A stretch of 63,105 bases of DNA, the filler included, from Platydemus manokwari (Eukaryota): NCBI GenBank assembly GCA_037951405.1. It is 5 parts of 5 records of this genome, joined end to end, with 100 filler letters (N's around TTAATTAATTAA, not from the genome) between each part and the next. Parts side by side here need not be neighbours in the genome. Positions count along the whole stretch, not along the records: positions 53,322 to 63,105 come from JBBMOY011204988.1; 4 more parts are not named here. One strand, written 5' to 3'. Shown one piece after another: positions 61,593 through 63,105 of the stretch. A program made the translations under genes and the position numbers. The notes below the pieces were generated by a model that worked only from the letters and a program-made list of their open reading frames with translations, made no database searches and had not been told where the DNA came from. The number at the start of each line of letters is the position of its first letter. The first letter of the stretch is position 1.

Positions 61593-63105
61593 ATCTTCGT
61601 CTTTATGTGTCTCTATGTCACTATCGATTATTGTTTTCCCTAAATTTAAATCACAATTTCCTTTAGAATTTGAGTTTGTATCGTTTGTTCACTTATATCA
61701 CCACTCATTTGTATTCCAATTTCGTTGAGGCTATTTATTGATTCACTATCTATTTTTTCCCTTGCTAATAATTGACTTCTTGATAAACTTCTGGTTATCA
61801 TTCGAGTATCTTGTGCCTGTTTTATTAACTTCGCTGTATCGCTTATAAATTCCTTTATCTTCCACAGTTTGGAATATATTGATTTTACAGTTATAACAAG
61901 AATATAAAATACTATATATGATTATATAATCAACAATATAAATGAAATATCCAAATTCAATTATATGATACAAACATTGATTAATATTTTAATATATTTA
62001 TTATATCTCGATTTAATGACAATCGATTCACTCAATTAATTCAATCAATTCACTTTAAATTTGATCAATTTAAGCAATTTATTGCTCCTCTTCTTCCTTA
62101 AAATAGATTCGCAGCACCACTTTTTATTAAACAAATATGCTGGGTTGCGATTGATTTTAGATATTTTGCTGGTTCTAGGGGCTTCAACAACTGGTATGAT
62201 GACCAAGCTGCTGGAAAATGATTTGATTGATTTTAAATTAATAGATAAGCACAGAGGAACAGAGTTGCTCTGGGCCTGAAATGTAAGGAGGCGGTTATTA
62301 AAACCTACTTTAATAGACAACGTTTGAAATAATAAATGACCTATTCAAATGTTTATCGTTGGATTCTACAAGATCGATTTTGGTTATGATATATTTATAA
62401 AGATTTCGTTAGTTACTGAAGACAAAATACAAATATCAATTTTTTTAAAATGTTTTTTAAACAAAACCGAAAATTAACAGTTAATAGTAAAAAGAACAAC
62501 AAAAACATTGGCTCAATATCCCGTACCTCACCTCAGCGATTAACAGGGAAATCCGTGTAACGGACAAAAATATTTAATTAAGAAGCAGAAGAATTAGTTA
62601 TCGACAGTGAATAAACGTTTAATGATTAAGTTATTATAACATAAATGATTGTTAGTTAGATTATTAAGTAATAATGTAAACGTTAAATGAATGGAAAACT
62701 ACAGCAAAGAATGAAACTCTTACTGTGTCTCTTGAATTCACAAAATAAATCAGCCAGTTAATTCCGCAAATGCTGATATTACTCCTAACAAATTTTAACA
62801 ATAAGTCCAAAACGATTCCAATAATAGATCCAGAAATGATTCCAAAATGATAACTGTAGCTTATTAACAAAGGCTGAATTCTTGCTGATGTCTTCGCCCG
62901 TTAAAAATCAAAAAGTAGCTTTTCTAAGTAGGATTTATTCTTGTGTTGAGTGAAGACCAAATCCTGAAAAAGAAAAACGATTTCGCACCTTGAAACCCTT
63001 GTTTTACCAATTTAAGCATTGACACACATACATAATCATACAAGCTTGACAACCAGCGAATCACAGATGACTTAAATAGAAAAATTATAATTTTACGAGA
63101 AACAT

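Overview
This is eukaryotic, very AT-rich animal genomic DNA with GT-AG introns, many only 42-65 nt long. The gene and transposon content suggests an invertebrate, possibly a planarian-like flatworm (inference, not proven). Four artificial 100-bp spacers (44N-TTAATTAATTAA-44N) split the window into five pieces, so adjacency across them is not evidence of linkage. Piece 1 (1-11349) has a mariner 3' end, two intronless HDHD1/PUDP-like HAD phosphatases with SPKK-repeat N-termini, a small EGF+TM gene, an LTR-like remnant, and a 2.2-kb cassette bounded by 35-bp palindrome-containing direct repeats that encodes a decayed ORF with an apparently inactive REXO4/ISG20-like exonuclease domain. Piece 2 has the first 10 coding exons of vinculin, with a nested ~211-aa orphan ORF in intron 7. 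Piece 3 has the last two exons of a UBASH3/Sts-type phosphatase, then mariner, dispersed-repeat and LTR debris. Piece 4 has a complete dynein light chain LC8 gene head-to-head with a complete 8-exon UGP2 gene. Piece 5 has the 3' exons of an unknown gene tail-to-tail with a divergent mtSSB-like gene, then Ty3/Gypsy remnants. All homology calls are from motif recognition by eye; no searches were run.
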